From Octopus vulgaris (Eukaryota): DNA of 64,000 nt. Positions 39,641-52,801 of this stretch are shown piece after piece (within the stretch, counting starts at the first letter, position 1; each line of letters starts with the position of its first letter). The notes below the pieces were generated by a model, which was given only the letters and a program-made list of their open reading frames with translations, did no database searches and was not told where the DNA came from. The stretch lies in the NCBI GenBank assembly GCA_951406725.2, contig OX597825.1:38874001-38938000 (forward strand). Reading direction: 5' to 3'. The translations under genes were made by a program, and so were the position numbers.

Positions 39641-40695
39641 TCTCCCTGCTCTTTCTCTTTCGTGAGAGCGTGTGTGTAGGTGCGTGCGTGTGTGTCTGTT
39701 TATATGTGCGCCTGTATGTATGTGTATGTGTTTGTCTGTATGTGTGTGCATATATATATATATATATATTTATATATTATACTAGTGAGACCAGTGGAAA
39801 CTCCACAGAAGGAAAAGGATTAACAGAAGCTATTGAAGAAAAAAGGATGGTTTGCATTCTTATTTATATTTTGCTAAATTATTTCCTTTCCAGTCACAAT
39901 AATTTATTATATGATTAAAATTTTTTTTTTTTAAATACCTTATATTTCTCTTTCTTTCTACCTCTTCAACAAACATTTTAACGATGCAATTTCTCTCTTT
40001 ATATACTTAGCATTTCTCTTCACCTCTCACGACCACTAACTACATTAGTGATATCGCAATGCATCAGCTGGCTATTTGCTCTCTCACCCACTCTCACATT
40101 TCCTCTTCTTCTCTGTCATTCCACCACCTCCGCGTCGCTAAAGAACTAAAGCGTAAAGTGTGAACGAGCAGGTAGAAGGAGTATATTATATATGTCCAGC
40201 TGTTTGTTATATCTATTATTTTTAATTGATGTGGATGTGGCTGTAATCTGACAATACAGACGCTACCTGTCCCCTCCCCCTCTCTCTCTGTATCTGTCTT
40301 TTCATGTAAGCATCTGTCCCGTCTGTTTGTCTCTCTTTCTCTCTCTCTCTATCTTTAATCTCATCACCAGAACATCACACTCTGCTAAATATTGTATCAA
40401 AAACATATCTTTTCCTCTTTACTTTTCACCTCCTACCCTAACGCAAGTCATTGACACGTCAATCGCCCTTTTTTCACTCACTGTCCTTTTCTCTCGCTCT
40501 TCGTTTCACCATTTAACTAACCATGTGAAGATTTTTTTAATGTTCTTTCTCCTCTATTCTCATTTCTACACCTCTCTCTATCCATTTTACTCCACCTCTC
40601 TAACTAACTGAAGTATAATGAGTGAACCAACAAGCAAAATTCTATATACATACATACATACATAACACATACGTACATGCACACTTACATATATA

Positions 40696-40732
<37 letters not shown>

Positions 40733-40738
<6 letters not shown>

Positions 40739-41095
40739 GAGAAAAAACCACTATTATATAATTCAAACAATGATAGCCGTAGATCATACCATATAGAGAA
40801 AATAAGATATATGATAAAACATTTGCCTAGATCACAATAAAGTACATAATAATAAATAAACAGAATATAATTAGTAAAGAGACTACGTACGTTTCGTGTC
40901 TATAACTTCATTTCGATTTGAGAATAATCTAAACAAACAATAGTATATCTTAACTGGAAATATATAAGTCCAATTAATAAAAATAAAAATACTTAAGATG
41001 CATTATATAGTTAAGTTAAACTAAATTACTATAATTTAATTTATATTCATGAATTAAGTTATATATTTATTTATTAATTAAATAAAAATCTAATT

Positions 41096-41098
<3 letters not shown>
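40733..41098 (-). mobile_element. Truncated (TA)n-embedded element with a half hammerhead motif
   Basis: Minus strand gacac-GAAA-cgtacg-TA-gtctc (40879-40900); the terminus atagtggtttttt is shared with the element ending at 60460; no CUGANGA half found. Confidence 0.5.
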
Positions 41099-41159
<61 letters not shown>

Positions 41160-41243
41160 TTGGGGGAGAAAACACTGAGTGTTCCATTTCTCGTCCAGGT
41201 TTAGAGCCGGATCAGAAATGGAGCACTCGGGGATTTCTTCTAC

Positions 41244-41306
<63 letters not shown>

Positions 41307-41557
41307 TAATGCAATACAAAGTATTGCCTTCCAGTAAAAAGTAGCCCGTGAGGGAAAAATACACAAATTAGTAAATAAATGGCACAACTAAGTACCGATA
41401 TTTACTGGAAATAGCGAACGTAAAAATACGACGCTAATGTGTAGCTTCACCGCGTATGTATTAGCAAAAATGCGTGTGTGCAACAAAATAGAGAAAAAAA
41501 CCGTCTTACCTCCAGGGAGAACATCTGAAAGATGAAACACCCGGAAAATGAATAAGG

Positions 41558-41627
41558 TGGTACCTGCAGGTTTCAGGTTTTGCAAGATATGTCTCTCACC
41601 CATATTTTGCTTTACCTTCTTCAGCCA
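41558..41627 (-). ncRNA. Type I hammerhead ribozyme, intact core
   Basis: tgg-CTGAAGA-aggt...gcaaaatatg(loop)catatcttgc...acct-GAAA-cctgcagg-TA-cca; helices I, II and III all pair. Confidence 0.85.
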
Positions 41628-42003
41628 AACATATACCAAGACGAAATCTACGATGTTACCACATTAATACTAACACACTCGACTGAAATACGGAACGCTA
41701 ACAGTACGAGAAACGGTGAAGAAGTTTCAAAATATTAGTAATGCAATACAAAGTATTGCCTTCCAGTAAAAAGTAGCCCAATGGCACAACTAAGTAAATA
41801 TCGGTACTTAGTTGTGCCATTTATTTACTAATTTGTGTATTTTTCCCTCACGGGCTACTTTTTACTGGAAGGCAATACTTTGTATTGCATTACTAATATT
41901 TTGAAACTTCTTCACCGTTTCTCGTACTGTTAGCGTTCCGTATTTCAGTCGAGTGTGTTAGTATTAATGTGGTAACATCGTAGATTTCGTCTTGGTATAT
42001 GTT

Positions 42004-42073
42004 TGGCTAATGAAGGTAAAGCAAAATATGGGTGAGAGACATATCTTGCAAAACCTGAAACCTGCAGGTACCA
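42004..42073 (+). ncRNA. Hammerhead ribozyme, inverted copy with mutated core (CTAATGA)
   Basis: tgg-CTAATGA-aggt...acct-GAAA-cctgcagg-TA-cca; conserved G5 changed to A. Confidence 0.75.
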
Positions 42074-42266
42074 CATTATCCATTTTCCGGGTGTTTCATC
42101 TTTCAGATGTTCTCCCTGGAGGTAAGACGGTTTTTTTTCTCTATTTTGTTGCACACACGCATTTTTGCTAATACATACGCGGTGAAGCTACACATTAGCG
42201 TCGTATTTTTACGTTCGCTATTTCCAGTAAATATCGGTACTTAGTTGTGCCATTTATTTACTAATT

Positions 42267-42319
<53 letters not shown>

Positions 42320-42429
42320 TCAGGGTAAATACTTGATAAATGTAAGCACCTGTATATGCTAGCTATAGCATAGGTGAGAGGATATATGTATCAAATGAAA
42401 TAAAATGAAAAACAGGACACAAAAGATGT

Positions 42430-42524
42430 TGCGGTACATATATTTCGAGCTTTATAGAACAACTTATTCTTACATCAATGCATAATCGACACAACAGATA
42501 GTTCAAAAGCCCTCTTCAGCCGCA
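42430..42524 (-). ncRNA. Type I hammerhead ribozyme, intact CUGANGA/GAAA core
   Basis: tgcgg-CTGAAGA-gggcttt...aaagctc-GAAA-tatatg-TA-ccgca; 5-bp stem I. Confidence 0.8.
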
Positions 42525-42733
42525 TGCAATTGCTATTCACTCTATATTGAGTGAGAAAACGGTATAGACGATTTTTTGGAGTCTAATAATACCATGTACG
42601 CCAATTTGATTATGAAGATTTACAAATATACTTTCTCACTGATACTCGGTTTACCTACCATTATAAACAATACCAAATGGTTTTTTCTCAAACCTGTCAT
42701 AATGTGATACAAGTCTTTGGTGTAGCAATTGCA

Positions 42734-42828
42734 TGCGCTTGAAGAGGGCTTTTGAATTATCTGTTACGTCGATCATACATTGATTTAAGAATAAGTTGTT
42801 CTATAAAGCTCGAAACATATGTACCGCA
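42734..42828 (+). ncRNA. Hammerhead ribozyme, inverted copy with mutated core (TTGAAGA)
   Basis: tgcgc-TTGAAGA-gggcttt...aaagctc-GAAA-catatg-TA-ccgca; C3 changed to U and a stem I mismatch. Confidence 0.72.
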
Positions 42829-42865
42829 ACATCCTTTGTGTCCTGTTTTTCATTTTATTTCATTT

Positions 42866-42902
<37 letters not shown>

Positions 42903-42912
42903 GCATATATAC

Positions 42913-42961
<49 letters not shown>

Positions 42962-44050
42962 GTGATGGAAACTTGGAAAACACGAGTTAACCATTCAGAA
43001 ACACAAGAAGCATTGATGTCACAAAATTATATGTTTCTAGAATGATGTTAAATTTTCGTCTCTAAAACCTGCGAGTGTTTTATTGTCATTGGGATTGAGA
43101 TGCAGCACAAGTTGCCGCTAGCAAAACAGTCAAGATTTTCACCTGTAAAAATTTGGACAGTGTATTAAATATCGCTGCTTAATTTCACTGCCTTTGTTTT
43201 TTGAATAACCATCTCATATTTTCCTCTCTACACTCGCTTTAGATTCAACTCAAGGTATCAGATTAAGCAGTTGCTATGCTAGTACAACACGAAGATGTAC
43301 ATATACAAATAAGTATATATTCACATGGACGCACACACACATTCATACACACATACACACTAACACACACAAACACACACTGTATATATATATATACACT
43401 TCTCTATATATGTCATCATATGAATGTTCCCCTACATATATTCACATATTCATATATATACAATTATAGCTAGATATTTACATAGTATAGTAGATTCCAT
43501 GGTTCCATGTTTTCCAGCAGTAACAGGGGTGTAATTGCAAATGTTCATAGTCATATTTGCCAATTCGATGTCACAATTTCGCAGGGACCGCAAAAACGAT
43601 GCTTATAGCAACTTACACCGGAGCAAATCAATAAAAAATGTACTTGTATAAACATAAGATCTGACCAACAAGACTTATACTGACAGTATGAGAAAATACA
43701 CATTATCTACCGATGCAATAGTGATAGATAAATCAAAGACATCCTGCAGTCTCTATAATACTCCTTTTGTATCTTAGTTATTGATAGGCGTCAGAACATA
43801 ATGTGGTGTACCTTAGGAACATTTGTATGAATTTCAAGTCATATAACCTAATGACATTTTCTCGAAACGTAACACTATAATATCAGTTTAATGTGAATAT
43901 ATCTCACGTTGCTAAAATATAAAATGTTATTTTTGTATATATCTATTTTAAATTATTTCTGTCATATACATTTTCTCTAATATATATGCATGCATATACA
44001 TATATATGCACATGCATATATATATTAACGTATATACATTTATGATAAAG

Positions 44051-44102
<52 letters not shown>

Positions 44103-44849
44103 AATATATATGCATGCAATTTTACGATTCTGTAAACAATAATAACAGTATTTTATAAGTTTGCTTAACTTATATATATAAACATATATATGAACGCATG
44201 TATATGTGCGTGTGTAGGACTGTATGTAAATAGTGTTCTCTTCACCTTCATAGCCAGCTGTTTTTTTTGCAGACATATAACTTGTCTGATTCTGTTTCTA
44301 CTGCAACAATTAGATTACGACATTGACCTGATTTTGTTCTAATGTATTTTCTTTAGAAACAGTATCAGTTATTTGTTAAGAATAATACAAGCATCAGTTC
44401 CGCGCTGGTATATTCATCAGAAATGTTATTTTTTTTAGGTGTGATATTGACAGACGTACAATTGAAAGTAGGGAGAGAAACATCCCGTTTCTGCTGTCTG
44501 AGCGGTAAGCATATAAGCTACACATGATTTTGTTCCGATTTGTGACCATTTTGAAAACATAATTCAAAGAGTGATATGACTGGACCACAGGATGCTCAGA
44601 TGAAAGTATTGTTGGTCCCTCTAAACAGAATTGATTATGTTTTCAATAACGTCGTTGCATTAACTCATTGAATATCCGTATACGGTTGATTCATTTATGT
44701 AATAAACGGCATACCCTTTTATCTAATGCTTGATGTCAAGATAAACTGCGTTTCTTATACGTATACATTTACACACAAGCACGTGCACACACGCAAAATT
44801 TTATTATGGAAAGGTTGACGAAAAAACAAGTTCCTAGAAAACTTTAATA

Positions 44850-45878
44850 AGAAGGAAATACTTGTAATCATCTGAATTCAGTCAACGGGCAGTAAAATGG
44901 AGGAAATGTCTCCTGATGGTTTATTTAAGGCTTTGTTGGCGGTTCTACAGAATCTAAAATGTAATATACTCCTGGTTCGCCAATGAATACTACCCTTCTT
45001 ACTTAGCAAGCGTGTTATGGTTCTCAGTTTAGTCATCAAGGACCTGGTCATATATACATCTAGGCATTCATACATGAATACATACAGTATCGTAATCTAT
45101 GTTCGGTGTTGGGAAGTTGTGAATGAAAATGGTTGATTCTTCTGTGAGGTATGTACAACAAACACTACAACGTTCTCCCAGGCTCTCCACTCATTCTCTT
45201 GGAATCAAAACCATAAACACCGTTTATCATATTCAAAATACTTATCTCACAATCAACCTTTATAGCATTTAAATTACACTGACAAATGCACCCACCTCAC
45301 TCGCATACATAAAACATACTTGCATTTTTCGGCTAAGGGCAGACAAATTATGCAACACATGAGAGTGATATTAATAGAAATTTTTACAATCAAGAAAACC
45401 TGTCGCTGAAGGATTTTAAAATGAGAAATGGCCTTGCATATGTTAAAACACTCTCTAAATAACGTTGGCATTTCGCCAGAAAGAAGAACGTGCCTACATC
45501 ATCGGATGCACATAAAGTTGTCGGTGTAACATGAGAAATTTCTTCGAGAGAGATATCTTATGAAATATTATAGACAGCTCTCACCCAGCTGTTTGTACGC
45601 TGTTGATTCTACTGAGTTCATCGGTATTTTGACACGTTTTTCAACCTGCAAGTTTCCCAATGCATACTGGCCTCCTTACCACGCAGGCTTTGTGCGATTG
45701 TCAGTTCGCTCGTCACCATCCAGACCACACACACATACACACACACACATACATATACACTAATATATATACGAGCACACCGTCCAGTGGACGGTGCTGA
45801 GTTGTCAAACATTTAAACCAAATTTTCTCAAAGCAACTTGTCTGACCGTCCCATTGGTTTCCCCTTTGAGAAACACTG
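44850..45878 (-). mobile_element. Decayed hAT (Charlie/Buster-like) transposon fragment
   Basis: Terminal cagtgtttctcaa on the minus strand at 45866-45878; VRW motif (EVRW-like) in ORF 45274-45471; HR..L remnant at ~45515-45530; left boundary uncertain. Confidence 0.5.
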
Positions 45879-46195
45879 ATTTAACCTAAACTTGAGTCAC
45901 CAGCGACAGAACAAATAAAGATAGATTTTTTTGTATTCCAGAGAAAAACGATTTTATACACATAAATATGCAACCAAAGAGTTTAAAGTACCAGTAAGTA
46001 CATCGCAACAGCTGATGTACTTGAGCCCCACGGCTTTATCAATCGAATCCTCACCTGAAATCGATTTTTGTAATTTTTTCAAGACTTTTACACGCCCTGA
46101 TACCATCGGTATCTACATATCAAATTTGAGCGCCATCGGATGGAGGATGTCCGAGATCCCAGAAGGCACACACAGACAAACAGAACGGATTTTAT

Positions 46196-46231
<36 letters not shown>

Positions 46232-46326
46232 CATTCACATGCACATATATACATATACATATATTCAGATATACATATATATATATATACATTCACATGC
46301 ACATATATACATATACATATATACAG

Positions 46327-46378
<52 letters not shown>

Positions 46379-46443
46379 CTGTATATATGTATATGTATAT
46401 ATGTGCATGTGAATGTATGTATATATATATATATATATATATA

Positions 46444-47716
46444 CAGGGTCAGGCAAAATGATCTGACACATTTGTAGGTTAAATATAAGGCAAATGAAGT
46501 AAAGAAACAAAAAAAGTGTTTTTATTTTTGAAAAGTACATATAATGCCATTTTGTTTCATTATGTTTTAAAAATTAAATCAGTCAAATGGGATCCATTAT
46601 TGTCCACACATTGTCGAAGGCGTTCACGAAAGTTGTCAATAACTCGGCGGGTCATTTCATGTGGAATGGCAGTAATTTCTTGACGAATTGCATCTTTAAG
46701 TTGTTCAATAGATCGAGGGCGATTAATGTATACCTTTGACTGGAGGTATCCCCAGAGAAAAGAATCGCACGGATTTAAATCAGTTGAACGGGCGGGCCAA
46801 CCGATGTCACCACGCAATGAGATCAAATGACCAGGGAACATATTCCTCAAAATCCCCATCGCACGTCGAGAAGTGTGGGCTGTTGCCCTATCCTGTTGAA
46901 ACCAAACATTGTCCATATCGTGGAGCATATTCAATTTTGGTATGAGAAAAGTCTCTAGCATCTCACAATATCGATCAGAGTTCACAGTCACTGTAACGTT
47001 GTCTTCTTTGAAGAAGTACGGACCCCATATACCGAATTCTGCCACAGCACACCATACAGTCACTCGAGGACAATGCAAAGGGCGTTCATGCAACTCACGA
47101 GGGTTGTCCTCGGCCCAGAATCTGAAGTGTTGCTTATTCACTGTGCCACACAGGTGAAAATGTGCCTCGTCACTGAATAACACAACTGCTGCATGGGGGA
47201 CATGTTATTGAATTACCAAACACAATGCTCTGCGAGTTTCAGTGTCTCTTTCGCTGAGTTATTGTGCCAACATCATTTTGTATGGATGCATTTGAAGATC
47301 ATTGTGAAGAATTATTCGCAAACTTCTTTCGGAAAGTCTAAGAGCCTGGGCGCGTTTAAATGTGGAACGGCGTGGAGACTGTTGAACTGAAGCTCTTACC
47401 GCTGTCATATTTTCTGGAGTTCTGGCGGTGCGAGGTCGGCCGGTTGATTTTCGTTTCAATGTAGATCCAGTAGCTCTGAAGTTGGGAACCCATAACAAGA
47501 TCGTGTTTCGAGCTGGTACGGGATCATGTCTACCAAGATTGAAGTGCAAACGGAACGCTCTTTGTGTTGCAGTTACGGAATCGTTTGTTTTGATAAACGT
47601 TTCCACAATAAAAGCGCGATGCTCACCAGTCCAATTCATGGCAGCAACTGAAAAAGAAACGAAAAACAATGACTTTTATTTAACCTACAAATGTGTCAGA
47701 TCATTTTGCCTACCCC

Positions 47717-47718
<2 letters not shown>
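46444..47718 (-). mobile_element. Full-length DD41D (rosa-type) Tc1/mariner transposon
   Basis: ~41-bp TIRs cagggtcaggcaaaatgatctgacacatttgtaggttaaat and atttaacctacaaatgtgtcagatcattttgcctacccctg; TA on both sides; inserted in (TA)n. Confidence 0.95.
46560..47639 (-). pseudogene. DD41D transposase pseudogene (359 codons, two in-frame TAA stops)
   Basis: ATG at 47639 (MNWTGEHR); single frame with TAA at 47259-47261 and 47205-47207; FSDEAHF, WFQQDRATAH, WPARSTDLNPCD; 41 residues between the second and third D. Confidence 0.92.
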
Positions 47719-47787
<69 letters not shown>

Positions 47788-48446
47788 AGAGAAACGTGCG
47801 CACAAACATGCTTACATGTTTACATACATGTATACAAACATAGTATATGGATATAGTACGGCCAGCGTTTCTATATCGAGAAAACGGATTCATGGGATAT
47901 TGGCATATTTTTTTAAAAGAAACTCTCTGGAAATAATAATTTTGAATATTCTAGAAAACATACAATGCAATACTTTTAAACTATTTCGATAAATATTTCG
48001 CTATGTAACTTAAAATATTTTTGGCCAAATCTCATGAAATGTTTATATATTTAATATTGCTTCAACAAGCGGGCAGATGGTAATACTTTGTTTGAATGAG
48101 TTGGTTATATATAGAGGTGTCTCGAGGGTATCACGTTTGAAATAAAACGAGGGAATCGAATGACATAAGATAGTAATAATTTAAAAAAACTGAAATAAAA
48201 TTTAGTATAAAAAGAAAAAATGGTCATAGATTAAGTCACGAGTAATGTTCACTTTAAGAAAATGTTAAAGAAAATATGAGCCAAGATAACGTGGGAGTTA
48301 ACATAAATATATATTTAAGTTATGAAATAGTAAAAATGAAAATAAGCCAATAAACGGTTGCAGAACACTTAACTATATATTCGGAAGAACCTTGTAGTTA
48401 TATAAACTATAATCTAGGCTTGTAAATGAAATGAGTTAGTGGATGG

Positions 48447-48449
<3 letters not shown>

Positions 48450-48511
<62 letters not shown>
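48450..48511. repeat. (CT)n microsatellite
   Basis: Direct reading. Confidence 0.95.
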
Positions 48512-48514
<3 letters not shown>

Positions 48515-49904
48515 CCAATTGTATTTATTTTGATAAATAGTAATTGCTTTCTCAGAAATGTCTGTTAAGCCCAGAGTAATAAAATCAAATCTACCTGTCT
48601 GTATAGATAGAGTTGAAGTTGAAGGAAAGGCATATTTAATTCTTCTCGCTGCTATCTTATGGCTGAAATGCAGCGAAATGCGACTTGATTGCAACAGATA
48701 GCACAGAACTTGCGGATTTTCTTTGAAATATTTACAATATTGAATTATTATGTTAAACGATCATCTGATGTCGTCTTTGATTTCCCAATTGTAATATTTT
48801 TCATGAATGAAACATTGCAATTTTTTTCCATTTTCCTTACCATTTCTATAGAAAAGTGTCCATTCAGCTGATTTTATATTATTTGTAATCGAAATTTAAT
48901 ACTTTAATATTCTGCATTGTCTTTGTGTTCCTTTGATAAAATTGAGAACAAAGAGCGGCGGAAATGTGCATTATCCTGTAAGCATATAAAATTGGCAAAT
49001 GCTAATGAAAATTGGTAATTAGTTTGGAAATATTTAAACAAGTCTGTTGTGAGCTTAATAGTTTTGTAAAATTGCATAACAAGCAAAACATTTGTTAGAG
49101 AATAAAAAAATAACTTCCGTTCCTTGGATTTAATCGATCACCTTCAATTGTCATTTCCCCCTTTATTCCATATGTTAAATGTTTATGAAAAAAAAAATAG
49201 GAAAGAAGAGAAAAAACAGAGAGAACAATAATTTGCTTGTTTTATCTTCCAGAACGATGAAATCGACATGAAGATTTGTGAAATTGTTCAACTGGAAATT
49301 AGAAGAAATTCATATTGCATTGATTATGTCAATTGTTCATCCTCGTTCCTGGAGTATATAATGAGATCAAGTTGGAAGTTAAATTGTGAAGTGTATAAAA
49401 CAATTTTATTTCCAAATATATCGCGAAATTATAAGAAATGCTTAATTCTTTACAAAATCAAAAAGAAAATATACAGTGGTTTATCTAAATGAAGATACAT
49501 AAGAATATAAAATGAATTTATGATCAGAACATAGAAATAAAGAATCAGAAGTTGTAAACTTTTTAATTATATTTATCTGGTACTGTAGTCTGCTATAGAT
49601 AATGTACTTTGTTACTATCATCCCAATACCGTTCACTAATTTATTGGATTCTGTAAGGCTACAATACCAATGTTTTCGAGAACTCAAAATAGAGCAAATA
49701 TGTGTGTGTATGTACGTATGTATGTATGTATGTATGTATGTATGTATGTATGTATGTATGTATGTATGTATGTATGTATGCATGTATGTATGCATGTAGG
49801 TATGTATGCATGTGTGTATGTACAAATGTATGAATGTATGATTGTATCTAAGTATATAGGTGTATAAATAGGTATAATTATAGGTGTATATGCATTTGTG
49901 AAAG

Positions 49905-50220
49905 TGCATAGATTACTGAGTAGTGTATTCGGCTCACGAGTGTAAGGTCAGGAGTTCACTTACCGGTAACGCATTGAGTTCCTGGGAAAGTAATCTTATT
50001 TTAAGTTACTCCAGCCCAAACGGTTAGCAAAAAACGAGTAGTACCTGTATTTCACAGTGCCAGCTTTGTCACATTGTGTGTAACGTTGAATCTTCCCGAG
50101 CACTACGTTAAAAGCACATGTGCCTGTGGGGTGCTCAGTCACTTGCACGTTAACTTCACGAGCAGGCTGTTCCGTTGATTGGATCAACTGGAACCCGCGT
50201 TGTCGTAACCGACAGGATGT
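49905..50220 (+). mobile_element. Probable tRNA-derived SINE (family C)
   Basis: tRNA-like head (...ggctcacgagtgtaaggtcaggagttcact) followed by a GC-richer body ending before a TA/CA tract. Confidence 0.55.
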
Positions 50221-51292
50221 CAGTTTTATACACATATGTATGTGCACATATATATACATAATGTGTGTGTCCATGTATCACAGTCAACTTTTATATGAAC
50301 GTAAGCTCACGTGCAAATATACAGGACGAAATAAAGAGTTTCTGCGTAGGTATTTCGATTCACAATTTTTAATACGATGCAGACTATGTTCAAAGCTATA
50401 GGGAGTGGATCGGAACCATGCTTCATGTTTTTGTGAATGGAAAGTCTTTACCACACCAACCATTTAGATATCATATTTTGTAATGGAACAATCGATTTAA
50501 TTTATTCGTGACTCCTATTCATTTTATTTTTGCATAACCATATATACGATGAAATATAATATTCTTACATTAATGTTTACAACAAAGTTAAAATTGTAAA
50601 TATAGCTGCAATCCTACAGCAAATGTGACAATAGGATTAGGGATATTCGCCTCCCAATAAAAAACACACCTATCCACGATTATATCCGTAATGAAAGACT
50701 CTATTTTCAGAAATATACTACTATGTAAGCAGAAGCGCTATATATCAAGAATACAAACCGTAGTACCATCTTTCTTTTGGTGTCAGAGTCTTTTTTCTTG
50801 CCTCAACGAATAACATACGAAATGAAAATCTGTAGATAACATTTTTGGGGAAATTCACATTAATTTACAGATATGAAAATCATTATCATCGCATTTTGTT
50901 TTTAGTTAGGAAACTTTTGCTTCAAATTCTATTTCGTCAATTTTCCTATACAATTATTAATATTGAATTTGAAATCTTACAAATACTAAATTGGCTGGCG
51001 ATAATTCACTTTAGGCATAAACTTACAATGATTCTTGACAAATATTTATTTGTTCACTATTTCGGGAATTTGATAAAACTTGTCACTACGATATCAATAT
51101 GAAATGTATAAATGTAGAATGTAAATTTAAATTTGTATGAAACAATAAACGAAGCCTTATGTTTAGTAAGAGATATTGATATGAAATTAGTATTATGTAT
51201 GTAGAAGGACAAATTACAAGGATTTACAAAATTCAGTTTCTGTGTGTACTTAAGTAAATCAGATAAAAACGACCATTCTTGAAAGAATATAA

Positions 51293-51475
51293 ACGCAGGG
51301 GTGTCTGTAAGTTAGAAAGCTTGCTAGTCAACCAAATGGCTCCAGTTTTCGTCCCACTGCGTGGCTACATGGTTTAGTGTCTACTATTATAGCTTCAGGC
51401 TGGCTATAACATTGCGAGTGGATTGAGTGAAAATGGTAGCGCGAATCAGAAAAAGTCTGTCATATATATATATAT

Positions 51476-51515
<40 letters not shown>

Positions 51516-51926
51516 TACTGGTCAGATTTCATCTTGCAGCATGGTGAGGTACCTTTCAGTATTGATGGTATTGCAAAGATTGGAAGGACCTACAATCCTA
51601 TCCGAAGTCATTCCACACCATACCGTTGCTTTGTGCCGATTCTGCGTTTATTCAGAGGTAATACAACTATCTTTTCCTACCCAGTAGTGGCAGTTGTGAC
51701 AGTTCAGAGACCTACCGGTGTGGAATACCTCTTCATCACTTCAGAGGATATTCTTAAAACGATCAGATCATGTTTGTAGGGCATCTAAATTTCAAACAAA
51801 ATAAATGATCTGAAAAAACAATATAGAATTAATTCCCATACATTAAAGAAGATACACAGCAAATCTTGTTAAGAAATAATTATAAGTATCTTAAAATAGA
51901 GAGTTACTTTTCAATCACCCTGTTTA

Positions 51927-51990
<64 letters not shown>

Positions 51991-52322
51991 CACATATATA
52001 TATACATATACGTATATATATAAATATAAATATATATATACATATATCTATGTGCATATATGTATGTATGAATATATATACATACATAAATATACATATA
52101 TATATGTGTGTGTGTGTGATTGCGCCTCTCCCCATCACCGCTTGATAACCGGCATTGGTATGTTTACGTCCCAGTAACTTAGTGTGTCGTCAAAAGTAAT
52201 CGAGAGAAGGAGCATCAAGCCTCAAAAAATAAGTTCAAGGATCGATACATTTGACTAAAATTTCAGGTGTTGCCACAGCATGGTCATGGTCAAATGATAG
52301 AAACGAATATATGATAAAAGAA
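51293..52322 (+). mobile_element. SINE family A (head 51293-51461, body 52110-52322) split at its internal microsatellite
   Basis: Head gtcccactgcgtggc and body atgtttacgtcccagtaactt are homologous to the contiguous copy at 59265-59736. Confidence 0.75.
51518..51912 (-). mobile_element. Tc1/rosa-like transposon fragment
   Basis: Minus strand VWCGMT.DRIVGP-like motif (~51585-51625); TIR-like end ttttcaatcaccctg (51908-51922 region). Confidence 0.55.
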
Positions 52323-52477
52323 AGTTCATCAACATAAAAATTGAACTGTGTTTTTGTCAAGAATTTATATACATGTCACGTCAGATGTACACACTTTGTG
52401 TATGAAATTTACATAACTAGTCAAAATTAAAATATTCTACAATAAATCCTTTACATTAAAGAAAATCCTGGGAATCA

Positions 52478-52650
52478 TTTTTCTTTTACTTGCTTCAGTC
52501 ATTTGACTGCGGCCATGCTTGAGCACCGCATTTAGTCGAGCAGATCTACCCCAGGACTTATTCTTTGTAAGTTTAGTACCTATTCTATCGCAAAGTTACG
52601 GGTACGTAAACACACCAGTATCGGTTTATGAGGCGATGTTGGGGGTCAAA
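52478..52650 (-). mobile_element. SINE family A, 3' body
   Basis: ttcagtcatttgactgcggccatgct...acgtaaacacacca; reverse complement of the family A body. Confidence 0.8.
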
Positions 52651-52705
52651 CACATACACACAAACATACACACACACACAGATACATACATACATATATA
52701 CACAG

Positions 52706-52796
<91 letters not shown>

Positions 52797-52801
<5 letters not shown>

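Larger units (their letters stand above)
41301..42270. mobile_element. Retrozyme-like non-coding element: ~432-nt HHR-bearing monomer in tandem plus inverted arrangement, flanked by (TA)n
   Basis: Unit start tattagtaatgc at 41301 and 41733 (period 432); inversion near 41795; agtaaatatcggtac at 41793 and 42226 (period 433); the two arms are nearly identical. Confidence 0.85.
42315..42870. mobile_element. Second HHR-bearing element family with inverted arms, flanked by (TA)n
   Basis: ~42385-42535 is the diverged reverse complement of 42723-42870; each arm holds an HHR motif. Confidence 0.85.

Noticed and set aside
45985-46200. Possible Helentron/HINE-like short element end (also 39780-40195)
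   Set aside because: Only a loose resemblance; termini and hairpin could not be established
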